Positions 50,852 to 61,355 of a DNA stretch of 64,000 nt are shown piece after piece. The position numbers were made by a program, and so were the translations under genes. The notes under the pieces were generated by a model, which worked only from the letters and a program-made list of their open reading frames with translations, was not told where the DNA came from and did no database searches. The stretch lies in contig JAXLUJ010000006.1 of NCBI GenBank assembly GCA_046329575.1, positions 166,121 through 230,120 on the forward strand, given 5' to 3'. This DNA is from Chitinophagales bacterium (GTDB taxonomy: Bacteria > Bacteroidota > Bacteroidia > Chitinophagales > LD1). Numbering within the stretch: the stretch's first letter is position 1; the number at the start of each line of letters is the position of its first letter.

Positions 50852-51925
50852 TCAGAGAGAAAGAATTTCGTCAACAATTCGTTCCGCAGCGTTGCTAATG
50901 GCCATGGCTGCAATGTTTGCGCTGAGGGCCGCTGTTTGCTTATCGTCTTGCAATAGTGCCAGCGCGGTATTCATCAACTTCAATTTTGCTTCAGCATCTT
51001 TAACCAATATGGCGGCTTGCCTATGCACCAAAGCCATGGCGTTATGTGTTTGATGATCGTCAGTAACATTCGGGCTTGGCACCAGAATCACGGGTTTGCC
51101 AATATTCTGTAATTCGGAAACCGAAAGGGCGCCTGCTCGGGAAATAATCACATCTGCCGCGGCATAAGCCATTTCCATTTTTTCAATAAAAACCAATTGA
51201 CGTACCTGCGGCAACTTACGGTCGGCCTTCTGCCATGTTTTACCCGTTTGCCATATTATTTGAACATTTTCATGCCCGCTTTCATTAAGAAAAGCATCCA
51301 CACTTTCGTTCAATGTTCGCGCGCCCAAACTTCCACCTGAAACAAAAATGGTTTTTACCGATTCGCTCAAACCAAAGTAGTGTAAGGCTTCTGACCGGTT
51401 CACTTTATTTTGAAGAATTTCTGCACGAACCGGATTTCCTGTAAGTATCACTTTTTCTTTTGGAAAAACACGATCCATTCCGGAATAGGCTACGCAGATT
51501 TTTTTTGCGAAGCGCGATAGTATTCGGTTGGTAACGCCGGCAAAAGAATTTTGTTCTTGAATTAAGGTAGGAATACCGCATAGCGTAGCGCCAAAAAGAA
51601 GTGGTCCGCTGGCATAGCCTCCTACGCCAATTGCAGCATGGGGTTTAAAGCTTTTTAAAATTTTTATGGCATCCCATTCACTGCTGATAATTTTGAAAGG
51701 AAGAGACCAGTTTTTCCAAATGGCGGTACGCTGAAATCCGGCAATATTCAATCCGCGTATTTTGTAGCCGGCATTGGGCACTTTCTCCATTTCCATTCTG
51801 CCATTGGCTCCTACAAACAAAATTTCACAACCATCCACCCGCTTTCGCAAGGCGTTGGCAATGGCCACTGCGGGGAATATATGCCCGCCGGTACCACCTC
51901 CACTGATGATGAATCGGGTTTTCAT
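50852..51925 (-). CDS. murG: Undecaprenyldiphospho-muramoylpentapeptide beta-N-acetylglucosaminyltransferase
   Basis: ISGGGTGGHIFPAVAIA N-terminus and a GT28 C-terminus. Confidence 0.95.
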   Translation of the reverse strand: MKTRFIISGGGTGGHIFPAVAIANALRKRVDGCEILFVGANGRMEMEKVPNAGYKIRGLNIAGFQRTAIWKNWSLPFKIISSEWDAIKILKSFKPHAAIGVGGYASGPLLFGATLCGIPTLIQEQNSFAGVTNRILSRFAKKICVAYSGMDRVFPKEKVILTGNPVRAEILQNKVNRSEALHYFGLSESVKTIFVSGGSLGARTLNESVDAFLNESGHENVQIIWQTGKTWQKADRKLPQVRQLVFIEKMEMAYAAADVIISRAGALSVSELQNIGKPVILVPSPNVTDDHQTHNAMALVHRQAAILVKDAEAKLKLMNTALALLQDDKQTAALSANIAAMAISNAAERIVDEILSL

Positions 51926-53184
51926 GCTGTTGCCAATGCTCCTTCTGTTTCGTTTTCCTCTTCCTCCGCTTCTTCGCTTTGCAATTCAATGTTCCGGCTT
52001 ACACTCATAATAATTCCGAAGGCCAGACTGGTAAACACCACCGAGCTGCCGCCCATGCTCACCAGTGGCAGGGTTACCCCGGTAACCGGAAACAATCCAA
52101 CGGCAACGGCCATGTTAATCATTGCCTGTAACACCAAACTAACGCCAAGGCCCACGGCCAAAAAAGCGCCAAACGCTTTGGGTGCTTTTAAAACAATTTT
52201 AATGCAGCGGTACAACAAAAGCAGGTATAGGAATAAAATGAAAATCCCGCCTATGAGTCCGTACTCTTCAATAATGATGGCGAAAATGAAATCGGAATAG
52301 GCTTCCGGTAAAAAATGTTTTTGCATGGAATTGCCCGGTCCGTTTGGCAACAAGCCGCCGCGTGCAATGGCAATACGAGCCTGCATTTGCTGATACTCAG
52401 CATCAGGACTTACTTCCTTTTTTATAAAGTGTGTTTCTACGCGTTTCTTCCATGTAGGCATCCTTCCCACTAACATACTATCGGGAAGTGCAAACAGCAA
52501 CGCCAAAAACAGACCTAGTAACAAACCACTGGCGCCAAAAAGCATGGCGATGTGTTTAATAGCCATTCTTCCGATGAACATGATAAAAACAGAAGTAAAA
52601 AATAAGATCAGCGCGGTTGACAAATTATCCTTGGCTATCATGATAACGGGTAAAACCACTAAACCCAATATCGGTAGCACGGTCTTTTTAAAATCGGCGA
52701 TCTCATTCTGCTTAAGTGAGAGCATGCGCGCCAGAAACATAATCACCGCCAATTTGGCGAGATCGGAAGTTTGAAACGTCCATCCAATTCCCGGAAGTTT
52801 GATCCAACGGCTGGCGTTATTGATCTTTGCTCCCCAGAACATCGTATAGAAAAGAAGAGGAATCGAGATGATCCACAGGATTTGCGCTAACCGCGAATAG
52901 TATCGGTAATCAACCAGATGGGCCATATACATCAACAGAATGCCTCCCAATGCGCTCAGTACCTGTTTCACTAAATAATGCGAAGCGTTGCCATCGGCTG
53001 TTTTGAAAGCCAGTGAACTGGATGCACTATAAACTGCAAGCATAGAGAACAAAAACAGCGACACCACAACCAGCCAAATGACTTTGTCGCCCCGAAACGT
53101 AGACACAGCGCCATTTACATCCAGCACATCCCTGAACTTTTCTGACGTAAAATCAGACATACTCTGTTGTGAGCGATTGGCCAT
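51922..53184 (-). CDS. ftsW: Lipid II flippase / SEDS glycosyltransferase FtsW
   Basis: Polytopic SEDS protein (PEAYSDFIFAIIIEEYG, TGVTLPLVSMGGSS) in the dcw position. Confidence 0.9.
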   Translation of the reverse strand: MANRSQQSMSDFTSEKFRDVLDVNGAVSTFRGDKVIWLVVVSLFLFSMLAVYSASSSLAFKTADGNASHYLVKQVLSALGGILLMYMAHLVDYRYYSRLAQILWIISIPLLFYTMFWGAKINNASRWIKLPGIGWTFQTSDLAKLAVIMFLARMLSLKQNEIADFKKTVLPILGLVVLPVIMIAKDNLSTALILFFTSVFIMFIGRMAIKHIAMLFGASGLLLGLFLALLFALPDSMLVGRMPTWKKRVETHFIKKEVSPDAEYQQMQARIAIARGGLLPNGPGNSMQKHFLPEAYSDFIFAIIIEEYGLIGGIFILFLYLLLLYRCIKIVLKAPKAFGAFLAVGLGVSLVLQAMINMAVAVGLFPVTGVTLPLVSMGGSSVVFTSLAFGIIMSVSRNIELQSEEAEEEENETEGALATA

Positions 53185-53186
53185 TA

Positions 53187-54527
53187 CTATAGTTCGATTA
53201 CTGCTTCTTTGAATTTCTTTCCGCGGTCTTCATAATTTTGGAACAAATCGAACGAAGCGCAAGCCGGCGAGAGCAACACGGCATCGCCAGGATTACCAAG
53301 TTGGTAACTCATTCTAACCGCATCGCGCATGTTGTTGCAGTTCACCACCACATCCACCATTTTGCTGAATGCGGCATGCAACTTCGTATTGTCGGTACCT
53401 AAACAAATCATCGCTTTCACGTGTTTCTTTACCAACGGTTCCAGAATGGCATAGTCGTTACCTTTGTCAACACCACCGGCAATCCATATTACCGGCCGGC
53501 TCATGCTTTCGAGCGCAAACCAGGTGCTGTTCACATTAGTTGCTTTTGAATCGTTGATGAATTCAATGCCGCGCACTTTGGCCACTGTTTCTAAACGGTG
53601 TTCCAGCCCTTTGAAGTTCATCAAACTTTCACGGATCTGTTCTTTGCGCAGTCCGTATGGATTTACTGCGATGCCCGCAGCCATGGAGTTGTACACATTG
53701 TGCCTCCCTTTGATTCCGATTTCCTGAATTGACATGTTAAATGGATTGTGGTTTTTTAATGTTATATAAATGGAATTGTCTTTCACATAAGCGCCTTCTT
53801 CAACCTGCTTCTCGTAACTGAACGGCACCATTTTGGCGCGGATACCGAACTTTTCAATATTGGCCATGGTGATCTCATCGTCTAACGAATAGATGAACAG
53901 ATCATCAGCAGTTTGATTTTTAGCAATTGCGAACTTGGCAGCTACATAGTTGGCCAGTTCGTAATTGTAACGATCGAGGTGATCGGGAGTAATATTGGTT
54001 AGAATGGCGATGTGAGGCCGGAAGGTCTCGATATCGTCTAACTGAAAACTGGATATTTCCAAAACATAATGCTGGTGCGGATCGTGGGCCACCATCATCG
54101 CAAAACTATTTCCGATGTTACCGCCTAAACCTACATCTATACCTCCTTCTTTAAGGATTTGATAAATCAAGCTGGTAGTAGTGGTTTTACCATTCGAGCC
54201 GGTGATGGCAATAATTTTGGAAGAAGTGAACCAACTTGCGAATTCAATTTCACTTACTATGCGAATCCCTTTTTCACGAAGCTTTTTAATAATGGCGGCC
54301 TTCTCCGGAATTCCCGGACTTTTCACAATCAGGTCGGCATTCAAGATTTTCTCTTCGGTATGTGTGTTCTCTTCAAAAGAAATACCCCGCTGCTCCAGCT
54401 CTTTGCGGTAAACTTCCTTGATGGCGCCGGCATCACTTACAAAAACGTCATAGCCCTGCTGCAAGCCCAATGCTGCTGCACCTACTCCACTTTCTGCTGC
54501 CCCTAAAATTACCAAGCGCCCTTTCAT
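53187..54527 (-). CDS. murD: UDP-N-acetylmuramoylalanine--D-glutamate ligase
   Basis: ILGAAESGVGAA and ITGSNGKTTTTSL. Confidence 0.95.
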   Translation of the reverse strand: MKGRLVILGAAESGVGAAALGLQQGYDVFVSDAGAIKEVYRKELEQRGISFEENTHTEEKILNADLIVKSPGIPEKAAIIKKLREKGIRIVSEIEFASWFTSSKIIAITGSNGKTTTTSLIYQILKEGGIDVGLGGNIGNSFAMMVAHDPHQHYVLEISSFQLDDIETFRPHIAILTNITPDHLDRYNYELANYVAAKFAIAKNQTADDLFIYSLDDEITMANIEKFGIRAKMVPFSYEKQVEEGAYVKDNSIYITLKNHNPFNMSIQEIGIKGRHNVYNSMAAGIAVNPYGLRKEQIRESLMNFKGLEHRLETVAKVRGIEFINDSKATNVNSTWFALESMSRPVIWIAGGVDKGNDYAILEPLVKKHVKAMICLGTDNTKLHAAFSKMVDVVVNCNNMRDAVRMSYQLGNPGDAVLLSPACASFDLFQNYEDRGKKFKEAVIEL

Positions 54528-54530
54528 GGC

Positions 54531-55784
54531 TTACCGAATCTTTAATGTTACAATGCTCAAAACCGCCAATAGAATCCCGATGATCCAAAACCTGGATACG
54601 ATCTTGCTTTCATGCCATCCCAACTTCTGATAATGGTGATGCAATGGCGACATCAAAAAAATGCGCTTGCCTTCACCCGTTTTTCTTTTTGTGTACTTGA
54701 AGTAACTTACCTGAATCATCACACTAATGTTCTCTATCAAAAAAATACCGCACATCAGTGGAATCAGCAATTCCTTTCTTACCGCTATGGCCAGTGTGGC
54801 AATTATTCCACCAAGCGCCAATGAGCCGGTATCGCCCATAAATACCTGAGCCGGAAAAGCATTCCACCATAAGAAACCAACACAAGCGCCAACAAATGCA
54901 GCAATAAAGATGGTGAGCTCCGCACAGTGCGGGATGTACATAATGTTGAGGTAATCGGCAAAAATGATGTTACCCGATACGTAGGCAAACACCAACAGCG
55001 TAGCGCCAATAATGGCCGAAGTGCCGGTGGCCAAACCATCAATACCATCGGTAAGGTTGGCGCCGTTCGATACGGCCGTAATAATGAAGATTACTATGGG
55101 AATGAATACCAGCCAGGCGTACTTCGACCAATTTTCATTGATAGAAGTAACAATCAGCGAATAATCAATTTCATGTGTTTTGAAAAAAGGAATGGTAGTG
55201 GAAAGGTCTTTCACACGAACCATATAGTGCAAATCACCACGCTCATCGCGAAGTTGAGTGATATCTTCTTTAGCATAAGCGCTGATTTTAGAAGGATCGA
55301 TTTCCTCCTTCGTATAAACATTCTTGTTGAAATACAATACGATTCCCACTATAAGACCCAAGCCTACTTGACCTATGATTTTGAATGTTCCGGCAAGGCC
55401 TTTTTTATCTTTTTTGAACACTTTAATGTAATCATCAGCAAAACCGATAGCGCCCAGCCATACAGTTGTTACCAGCATCAGGATGATATAAACGTTCTCG
55501 AGTTGTGCGAGCAATAAGGTAGGGATCAGAATAGCTGCGTGAATAATGAAGCCGCCCATTGTTGGTGTACCGCGCTTCAGGTTTTCGCCTTGCAACCCCA
55601 GTTCACGAATATTTTCACCAATCTGCTTGCGTTGCAGCATCGCAATGATGTTCTTTCCATAAATCATGGAAATCATCAGCGACAACACAATGGCCAAAGC
55701 CGCCCGAAACGAAATGTATCCGAACAGCCCCGCACCGGGAATGTGATAGTGTGCGTTAAGGTATTTGAAAAGATAATATAACAA
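54531..55784 (-). CDS. mraY: Phospho-N-acetylmuramoyl-pentapeptide transferase
   Basis: [29 protein letters not shown] and PLHHHYQ. Confidence 0.95.
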   Translation of the reverse strand: MLYYLFKYLNAHYHIPGAGLFGYISFRAALAIVLSLMISMIYGKNIIAMLQRKQIGENIRELGLQGENLKRGTPTMGGFIIHAAILIPTLLLAQLENVYIILMLVTTVWLGAIGFADDYIKVFKKDKKGLAGTFKIIGQVGLGLIVGIVLYFNKNVYTKEEIDPSKISAYAKEDITQLRDERGDLHYMVRVKDLSTTIPFFKTHEIDYSLIVTSINENWSKYAWLVFIPIVIFIITAVSNGANLTDGIDGLATGTSAIIGATLLVFAYVSGNIIFADYLNIMYIPHCAELTIFIAAFVGACVGFLWWNAFPAQVFMGDTGSLALGGIIATLAIAVRKELLIPLMCGIFLIENISVMIQVSYFKYTKRKTGEGKRIFLMSPLHHHYQKLGWHESKIVSRFWIIGILLAVLSIVTLKIR

Positions 55785-55806
55785 GTGGGTAGTTTTTAAG
55801 TTGGTT

Positions 55807-57270
55807 TTAATGTGTTTCTAATCCTAATGCATGCCTCAGTTCGTCTTTATCATCAAAAGGGAATTTCACGCCCTTTATTTCCTGATATTTTTCATGGCCT
55901 TTGCCGGCAACCAGTATTACATCATTAGGCCGGGCCATCATCACTGCTGCCCGAATAGCCTCTCGCCGGTTGGTAATGGCTAACACCTTCTGTCTGGAAA
56001 CCACATCCACTCCTGCTTTCATTTCTTCAATAATAGCCTCGGGATTTTCGCTGCGTGGATTATCGGAAGTAAGAACACAATGATCAGAGTAATGTGCTGC
56101 AACCTGCGCCATTACTGGCCTTTTGGCCGCATCGCGGTCGCCACCGCAACCCACTACGGTTATAAGTTTGCCATTGCCATTGCGGATACTGTTGATGGTT
56201 TGCAACACGTTTTTCAACGCATCCGGAGTGTGAGCATAATCAACTATGGCAGTAATTTGTTTTTCGGTTGAAACCACCTGATCGAAACGACCTTCAGGTG
56301 GCGCAATAGCGCTTAAGGCAACCAGCGCCTCCATTTTATCGGTACCCAGTAAACGGGCAGCGCCATACACCGCTAGTAAATTGTAGGCGTTGAACTCACC
56401 AATTAAACGAGTGAAGAATTCCGCGCCATCCATTTCGAGTTGCAAACCGTTAATGCCGTTCTCTACAATTTTCGCTTTAAAATCGGCTGGCGACTTCAAC
56501 GCATAACTTACTTTTTTTGCAAGCGTATTCTGCAACATCACTTTCCCGTTCCGGTCGTCAATATTGCTCAAGGCAAATGCCGATTCCGGCAGTTGGTCGA
56601 AGAACTGTTTCTTCGCTTTCAGATAATTATCGAACGTTTTGTGATAGTCGAGATGATCGTGGGTAAGGTTGGTAAAAATGCCTCCTGCGAAAGGTATTCC
56701 TGCAATGCGATTCTGATGAACAGCATGACTGCTTACTTCCATAAAACAATAACTGCATCCGGCTGCAGCCATCCGGTGCAACAATTCACTTAATTGAACA
56801 GCATCAGGGGTGGTATGGGTAGAAGGAATTACCGTATCGTCGATCTGATTCTGAACAGTAGAAAGTAAGCCGCAGTGTTCGCCCAAACTGCGATACAATC
56901 GAAACAAAATGGTGGCCACAGAAGTTTTTCCATTCGTTCCGGTTACACCAACAATTTTCATCTTCTTACCGGGATGGTTATAAAAGTTGGCAAGCATCAA
57001 GCCAAGAGCTTTCGACGAATCTTCTACCAGCACCACAGTAATAGCAGTGAGATTGGCAGGCAGTTCTTCGCAAACAATTATGCTCACGCCTTTGCGCAAA
57101 ACATCTTGTATGTAACCATGTCCATCAGCGTTCACACCGCGCACAGCCACAAAAATATCACCGGGCTGCACCTTGCGCGAGTCCATCGAAATGCCATGCA
57201 CCGGCACATCACGCAAACCGTGAATTTCCCGCACCGGCACCCCTTCCAATATGTTTTCCAGCGTATGCAT
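55807..57270 (-). CDS. murE: UDP-N-acetylmuramoyl-L-alanyl-D-glutamate--2,6-diaminopimelate ligase
   Basis: VTGTNGKTS, a DNPR motif ([10 protein letters not shown]), and Mur ligase architecture. Confidence 0.9.
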   Translation of the reverse strand: MHTLENILEGVPVREIHGLRDVPVHGISMDSRKVQPGDIFVAVRGVNADGHGYIQDVLRKGVSIIVCEELPANLTAITVVLVEDSSKALGLMLANFYNHPGKKMKIVGVTGTNGKTSVATILFRLYRSLGEHCGLLSTVQNQIDDTVIPSTHTTPDAVQLSELLHRMAAAGCSYCFMEVSSHAVHQNRIAGIPFAGGIFTNLTHDHLDYHKTFDNYLKAKKQFFDQLPESAFALSNIDDRNGKVMLQNTLAKKVSYALKSPADFKAKIVENGINGLQLEMDGAEFFTRLIGEFNAYNLLAVYGAARLLGTDKMEALVALSAIAPPEGRFDQVVSTEKQITAIVDYAHTPDALKNVLQTINSIRNGNGKLITVVGCGGDRDAAKRPVMAQVAAHYSDHCVLTSDNPRSENPEAIIEEMKAGVDVVSRQKVLAITNRREAIRAAVMMARPNDVILVAGKGHEKYQEIKGVKFPFDDKDELRHALGLETH

Positions 57271-59363
57271 CAGCCTAATAATATTTTTATGGTAGAACCC
57301 TTATTGATCTTTTCACCGGCATTGATACTTTGCCGGCGCACATTTCCATTTCCTTCAAACTGCACTTTCAATCCGCGCGATTCCAACAGATAAAGCGCAT
57401 CTTTCAAACCCATTCCTACCACATCGGGAACTGTATTAGCTTTCATTTCATTTGCCGCAAATTGCTTATCACCACTAGCCTTTACCCATTCTCCCGCCAC
57501 TGCCGGAGCGGCAAATCCGAACTGCGCATAAATTTTTTCTACATCGTAATAATGCGCGCTCTGCACTTGAGGGGCATAGGTAATTTGACCGGTATTAACC
57601 GGACGGTGCATATCCAAAGAAATGGAGTACACTTTATCGGCCACTTCACGGAAAACCGTTCCGGCTACTACGTTTCCGTAATAAACGCCATTGCTTGGCG
57701 AGTTCACTACCACAATCATGGAATACTCTGGTTTCTCGGCCGGGAAATAGCCAACAAAACTGGCCTGATACTTTTTGTTACCGCGATAGCCATGGTTCGA
57801 AATCACAGCAGTACCGGTCTTACCCGCAATTTGCAGATAGTCGTTCTTCAAATTTCTGGCGGTTCCATTCGCTACCACGCCTTCAAGAATATCACGTAGT
57901 GCTTTCACCGTTTTTTCGCTCAATAAATGCTCATTCAGCACCATTGCGCCCGGCGAATCAACTGTAGTGTTATATTCCCTGATCTTCTCGATTAACGTGG
58001 GCTTAACCATTACGCCACCATTGGCAATAGCATTATAGAATTGGAGCGTGTGCAATGCAGAAACCTGAACTTCGTAACCATGTGCAATAAATGCGCTAGA
58101 TACACCCGACCATTTTTTCGCCGGTGCCAGCACCGGCCGCGCACTTCCGCCCAACTCAATACTCACCGGCTCGGTGAAACCAAAGGCCTTCAAATGATCG
58201 TAGAATTTTGAAGGTTTTGCGGAGTAGTTGGCAAAAGCCAGTTTTGCAATAGCAACATTAGAAGATACTTCTATGGCGCGCTTCAGTGAAAGCGATGGCG
58301 TTTCAGGCGCCTCATGATCTTTTATGGTTAGATTGTAGAATTGCTTCACCCCATTTTCGCAATCCACTGAAGTGTTTTCGTTTACCAATCCGTCTTCCAT
58401 CAAAGCCGCAACTGTAGCCAGTTTGAAGGTAGATCCGGGCTCTGTAGCTTCTCCAATTGCATAGTTGAAAAGCTCTTTATAGTTTGCCGAATCTTTCCTG
58501 CCTAAATTGGCAATAGCACGGATTTTTCCGGTTTTCACTTCCATTAAAATGGCACATCCGTGTTCAGCATTAAAACTGGTGAGCGAACGGCGCAAGGCAT
58601 CTTCAGCAACATCCTGAAGGTTCACATCAATGGTAGTATAAATGTCGCGGCCCGATTGCGAAGCCACATCATCTTTTGTGTCCAACGGCTTGGAAGCGCC
58701 ACCGGAAAGTTTGCGATACAACTTCATTCCGGCCAAACCGCTAAGATCTTTGTTGTATTTTAATTCCACGCCCGATGAGTAAATACCGTCGTGATTTTCG
58801 TCGCTTCCTAAAGTGCGGAGCGCGATATCGCCAAAGGGATGGTCGCGCCATTCTTTGGTTTCCACTATCATGCCAGAAGTATTTTTGCTTTGCCGAAACC
58901 ACGGCCATTGCTTCATGGCATTCAACTCGGCCAGCGAAATGTTGCGCTTCAGCAAATAATACGCATCTTTCTTTTTACGATGAAAAACAAACTCGCGGCG
59001 ATAGTCTTCCTTTGATTTATCGCCAAAAGTTTCGGCCATCATCATCGCCACCGAATCTACATTCTGATTGCTGAACACCTTATCGGTTAATCCATCAGCA
59101 TTAAAGTCAATGTGCACATCAAAAATGGGAAGTGAACTGGCCAGCAGCTTTCCATCGCACGAATAAATATTGCCGCGCTCAGCCTCAACTTTTTTCGGAA
59201 AAATCGTCAAACTATCAGCATGGGCAATTAAAGCCGGACCATCATAAATTTGCGTTTGTGCCGCTTTGAAAATGATGCCGGCGCCAAGCAATGCGATAAA
59301 TACGAATCCAATGTAGATTCGCACCATCACTTCCCGCTTTTTGTTGCTGCCTTTCATTTCCAA
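57270..59363 (-). CDS. ftsI: Peptidoglycan D,D-transpeptidase FtsI (PBP3-type)
   Basis: N-terminal TM, PBP dimerisation domain, transpeptidase motifs STFK (GSTFKLATV), SSN (EVSSNVA) and KTG (GKTGTA), and a C-terminal PASTA-like tail. Confidence 0.9.
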   Translation of the reverse strand: MEMKGSNKKREVMVRIYIGFVFIALLGAGIIFKAAQTQIYDGPALIAHADSLTIFPKKVEAERGNIYSCDGKLLASSLPIFDVHIDFNADGLTDKVFSNQNVDSVAMMMAETFGDKSKEDYRREFVFHRKKKDAYYLLKRNISLAELNAMKQWPWFRQSKNTSGMIVETKEWRDHPFGDIALRTLGSDENHDGIYSSGVELKYNKDLSGLAGMKLYRKLSGGASKPLDTKDDVASQSGRDIYTTIDVNLQDVAEDALRRSLTSFNAEHGCAILMEVKTGKIRAIANLGRKDSANYKELFNYAIGEATEPGSTFKLATVAALMEDGLVNENTSVDCENGVKQFYNLTIKDHEAPETPSLSLKRAIEVSSNVAIAKLAFANYSAKPSKFYDHLKAFGFTEPVSIELGGSARPVLAPAKKWSGVSSAFIAHGYEVQVSALHTLQFYNAIANGGVMVKPTLIEKIREYNTTVDSPGAMVLNEHLLSEKTVKALRDILEGVVANGTARNLKNDYLQIAGKTGTAVISNHGYRGNKKYQASFVGYFPAEKPEYSMIVVVNSPSNGVYYGNVVAGTVFREVADKVYSISLDMHRPVNTGQITYAPQVQSAHYYDVEKIYAQFGFAAPAVAGEWVKASGDKQFAANEMKANTVPDVVGMGLKDALYLLESRGLKVQFEGNGNVRRQSINAGEKINKGSTIKILLG

Positions 59364-59379
59364 TTTTCAGTTTCAGTTT

Positions 59380-59724
59380 TCAATTTTCCGCTTTCACTTC
59401 AATCAGGTAGGGCGGCTGATGGAGTTCTTTCAATCCATACGGCTCTACCAGTTTGGCCACTTCGCCTAACCGGCTTTTCTTCATCAGATTGTTCGTAGTT
59501 TCCATGTACTCCCACCTTAGGTTTCTCACCTGCTTGTCGGTCCGCGCGATCTGCCGCGCATAGCTTTCTGCCAGGTGATTGTTGGCTATATGCAGAAATC
59601 CCAAAACCACAAGAAAAAGCACAAATGGCAGGCTCATCACAATGCTGCGAAAGCCTTCGCCCTCTACAATGTCGAACACCTGCAGAAAACGTCCTATCCC
59701 TTTCTTATTTTTTTGTTCCTCCAT
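59380..59724 (-). CDS. ftsL: FtsL-like small bitopic division protein
   Basis: I re-called the start to MEEQKNKKG (ATG at 59724, abutting the rsmH stop codon). One TM segment plus a coiled coil, in the dcw position. Confidence 0.7.
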   Translation of the reverse strand: MEEQKNKKGIGRFLQVFDIVEGEGFRSIVMSLPFVLFLVVLGFLHIANNHLAESYARQIARTDKQVRNLRWEYMETTNNLMKKSRLGEVAKLVEPYGLKELHQPPYLIEVKAEN

Positions 59725-59725
59725 T

Positions 59726-60676
59726 TTATGTTCGTTCCGCCACCCGCAATTTGGCCGATCGCGAGCGGCTGTTTTCCTTTTGTTCGCTATCGCCTGCCAC
59801 AATGGGCTTTTTGGTGATCAGCTTCCACTTTCTTTCCGTTTTTCCAAAGGCGTCTTTTTCCGGCTCATCTGAAAAATTGCCATGCTTCATATAGTTCTTC
59901 ACCAATCGGTCTTCCAGTGAATGAAAAGTGATCACGCATAACCGACCTCCGGTTTTGATGATCTCCTCACTTTGCAAAAGCAGTGCTTTCAATGCATCCA
60001 GTTCGCCGTTCACTTCAATTCGCAAGGCTTGAAATACCTGAGCAAAGTATTTATGCTTTTCGCCTATGGCATGCTGCTCCAGCAGTTGCACCAAATCAGC
60101 AGTTCGGCGGAATTCACGCACTTTCCGTTGCGCCACAATTGCTGCAGCAAGCGTTTTGGCATTTCGCACTTCGCCATAGCTTCCTAAAACTTCCTGCAAC
60201 CTTGCAGCAGGAAATTCGTTTAACACCATAGCTGCCGTTGTGGCGGCCCGAACGTTCATGCGCATATCCAAAGGTCCGTCGAAACGAAAACTGAATCCGC
60301 GATGCGGCGTATCGAACTGAAAAGAACTAACACCTAAATCGGCAAGCAATCCGTCCAGTTGCTGCACGCCATGCAATCGCAGAAACTTTTTTATTTGACT
60401 GAAATTGCTGTTCACGGCAGTAAACCGGTCGTCTTCAATGGCGTTGGCCAGCGCATCCGCATCCTGATCAAAACCCAGCAAACGACCCTGCGCACCCAGG
60501 TGCTTTAGGATTTCGCGCGAGTGACCGCCGCCGCCAAATGTGGCATCGGCATAAGTGCCATCAGGCTGCAACTGAAGTCCTTCCAGACATTCATGTAAAA
60601 GAACGGGTATGTGATAAGCCGCTGCTTTCTCTTCCTGTTCCGAATGAAAGCGCTCGTTCGGTTTATCCTTTTTCAT
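59726..60676 (-). CDS. rsmH: 16S rRNA (cytosine1402-N4)-methyltransferase
   Basis: HIPVLLHECLEGL, DATFGGGGHS, and ITFHSLEDRLVK. Confidence 0.95.
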   Translation of the reverse strand: MKKDKPNERFHSEQEEKAAAYHIPVLLHECLEGLQLQPDGTYADATFGGGGHSREILKHLGAQGRLLGFDQDADALANAIEDDRFTAVNSNFSQIKKFLRLHGVQQLDGLLADLGVSSFQFDTPHRGFSFRFDGPLDMRMNVRAATTAAMVLNEFPAARLQEVLGSYGEVRNAKTLAAAIVAQRKVREFRRTADLVQLLEQHAIGEKHKYFAQVFQALRIEVNGELDALKALLLQSEEIIKTGGRLCVITFHSLEDRLVKNYMKHGNFSDEPEKDAFGKTERKWKLITKKPIVAGDSEQKENSRSRSAKLRVAERT

Positions 60677-61118
60677 CTAAATATTTCGAAACCACATCTG
60701 CCAGATGCGAGATATTTCCATGCTGCGAAGCAATGAACTGATCGTATTTCGAACTCTCCCATATCTGGATCTTATCGAACATTCCTTTCAGCACCACTTC
60801 CTTCGCATTTCCGATATAACGCATCAATTGTTTTGAGATCAGAAACCTTCCGCTGTTGTCAAACTCCACTTCGGTAAGGCCGGCGGTAATTCCATTAATG
60901 AAATTCCGGTGCTCGGGGTTATAGGTATTCAGCTTGCGAAGTTTGGCCTCTTGCTCCGCCCAGGTTTGCATAGGATAAATCACCAGACAATCGTCAATAT
61001 CCTTGGCGATATAAAAACAGCCCTTATCCTCAGCAGGGAACTGCTTGAAAAACGATGAAGGCATCTTGATTCTGCCTTTGTCGTCAACCGTGCATGTGAT
61101 CTCTCCGAGAAACTTCAT
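60663..61118 (-). CDS. mraZ: Transcriptional regulator MraZ
   Basis: I re-called the start to MKFLGEITCTVDDKGRIKMP (ATG at 61118). It has two SpoVT/AbrB-like halves (DDKGRI.. / DNSGRF..). Confidence 0.9.
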   Translation of the reverse strand: MKFLGEITCTVDDKGRIKMPSSFFKQFPAEDKGCFYIAKDIDDCLVIYPMQTWAEQEAKLRKLNTYNPEHRNFINGITAGLTEVEFDNSGRFLISKQLMRYIGNAKEVVLKGMFDKIQIWESSKYDQFIASQHGNISHLADVVSKYLDEKG

Positions 61119-61130
61119 TCTGATGATTAC

Positions 61131-61183
61131 TTCCCACAAAAGTAGAACTAATTCCCACTTTGAACCACTATCTACCACTTTTT
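61131..61183 (-). promoter_or_regulatory. Candidate MraZ operator: direct repeats of AAGTGG(T/G) with 10-bp phasing
   Basis: The minus strand reads AAAGTGGTAG-ATAGTGGTTC-AAAGTGGGAA. CCAC on the plus strand lies at 61155, 61165 and 61175, with a fourth box (TTGTGGGAA, 61134) 21 bp closer to the ATG. Confidence 0.55.
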
Positions 61184-61355
61184 TAGACAGAAAGTTGTCA
61201 ACAGCATTCAAAAAACCACACAAACCATTGTGTATCCTACGTTTCAATGGTGGTAAAAAGTGGGATAATTAATGTTGAAAACGTATTTTCAAGCTTTAAA
61301 CGTGCATATACATCCACTTTTTAACATCTTATCCACAATTTGAAGAAGTTCATTA

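Noticed and set aside
55784-55807. Absence of murF (and ddl) from the dcw cluster between murE and mraY.
   Set aside because: To my knowledge this gene order (murE-mraY-murD-ftsW-murG-murC-ftsQAZ with murF elsewhere) is the normal Bacteroidota arrangement. It is not a deletion or an anomaly.
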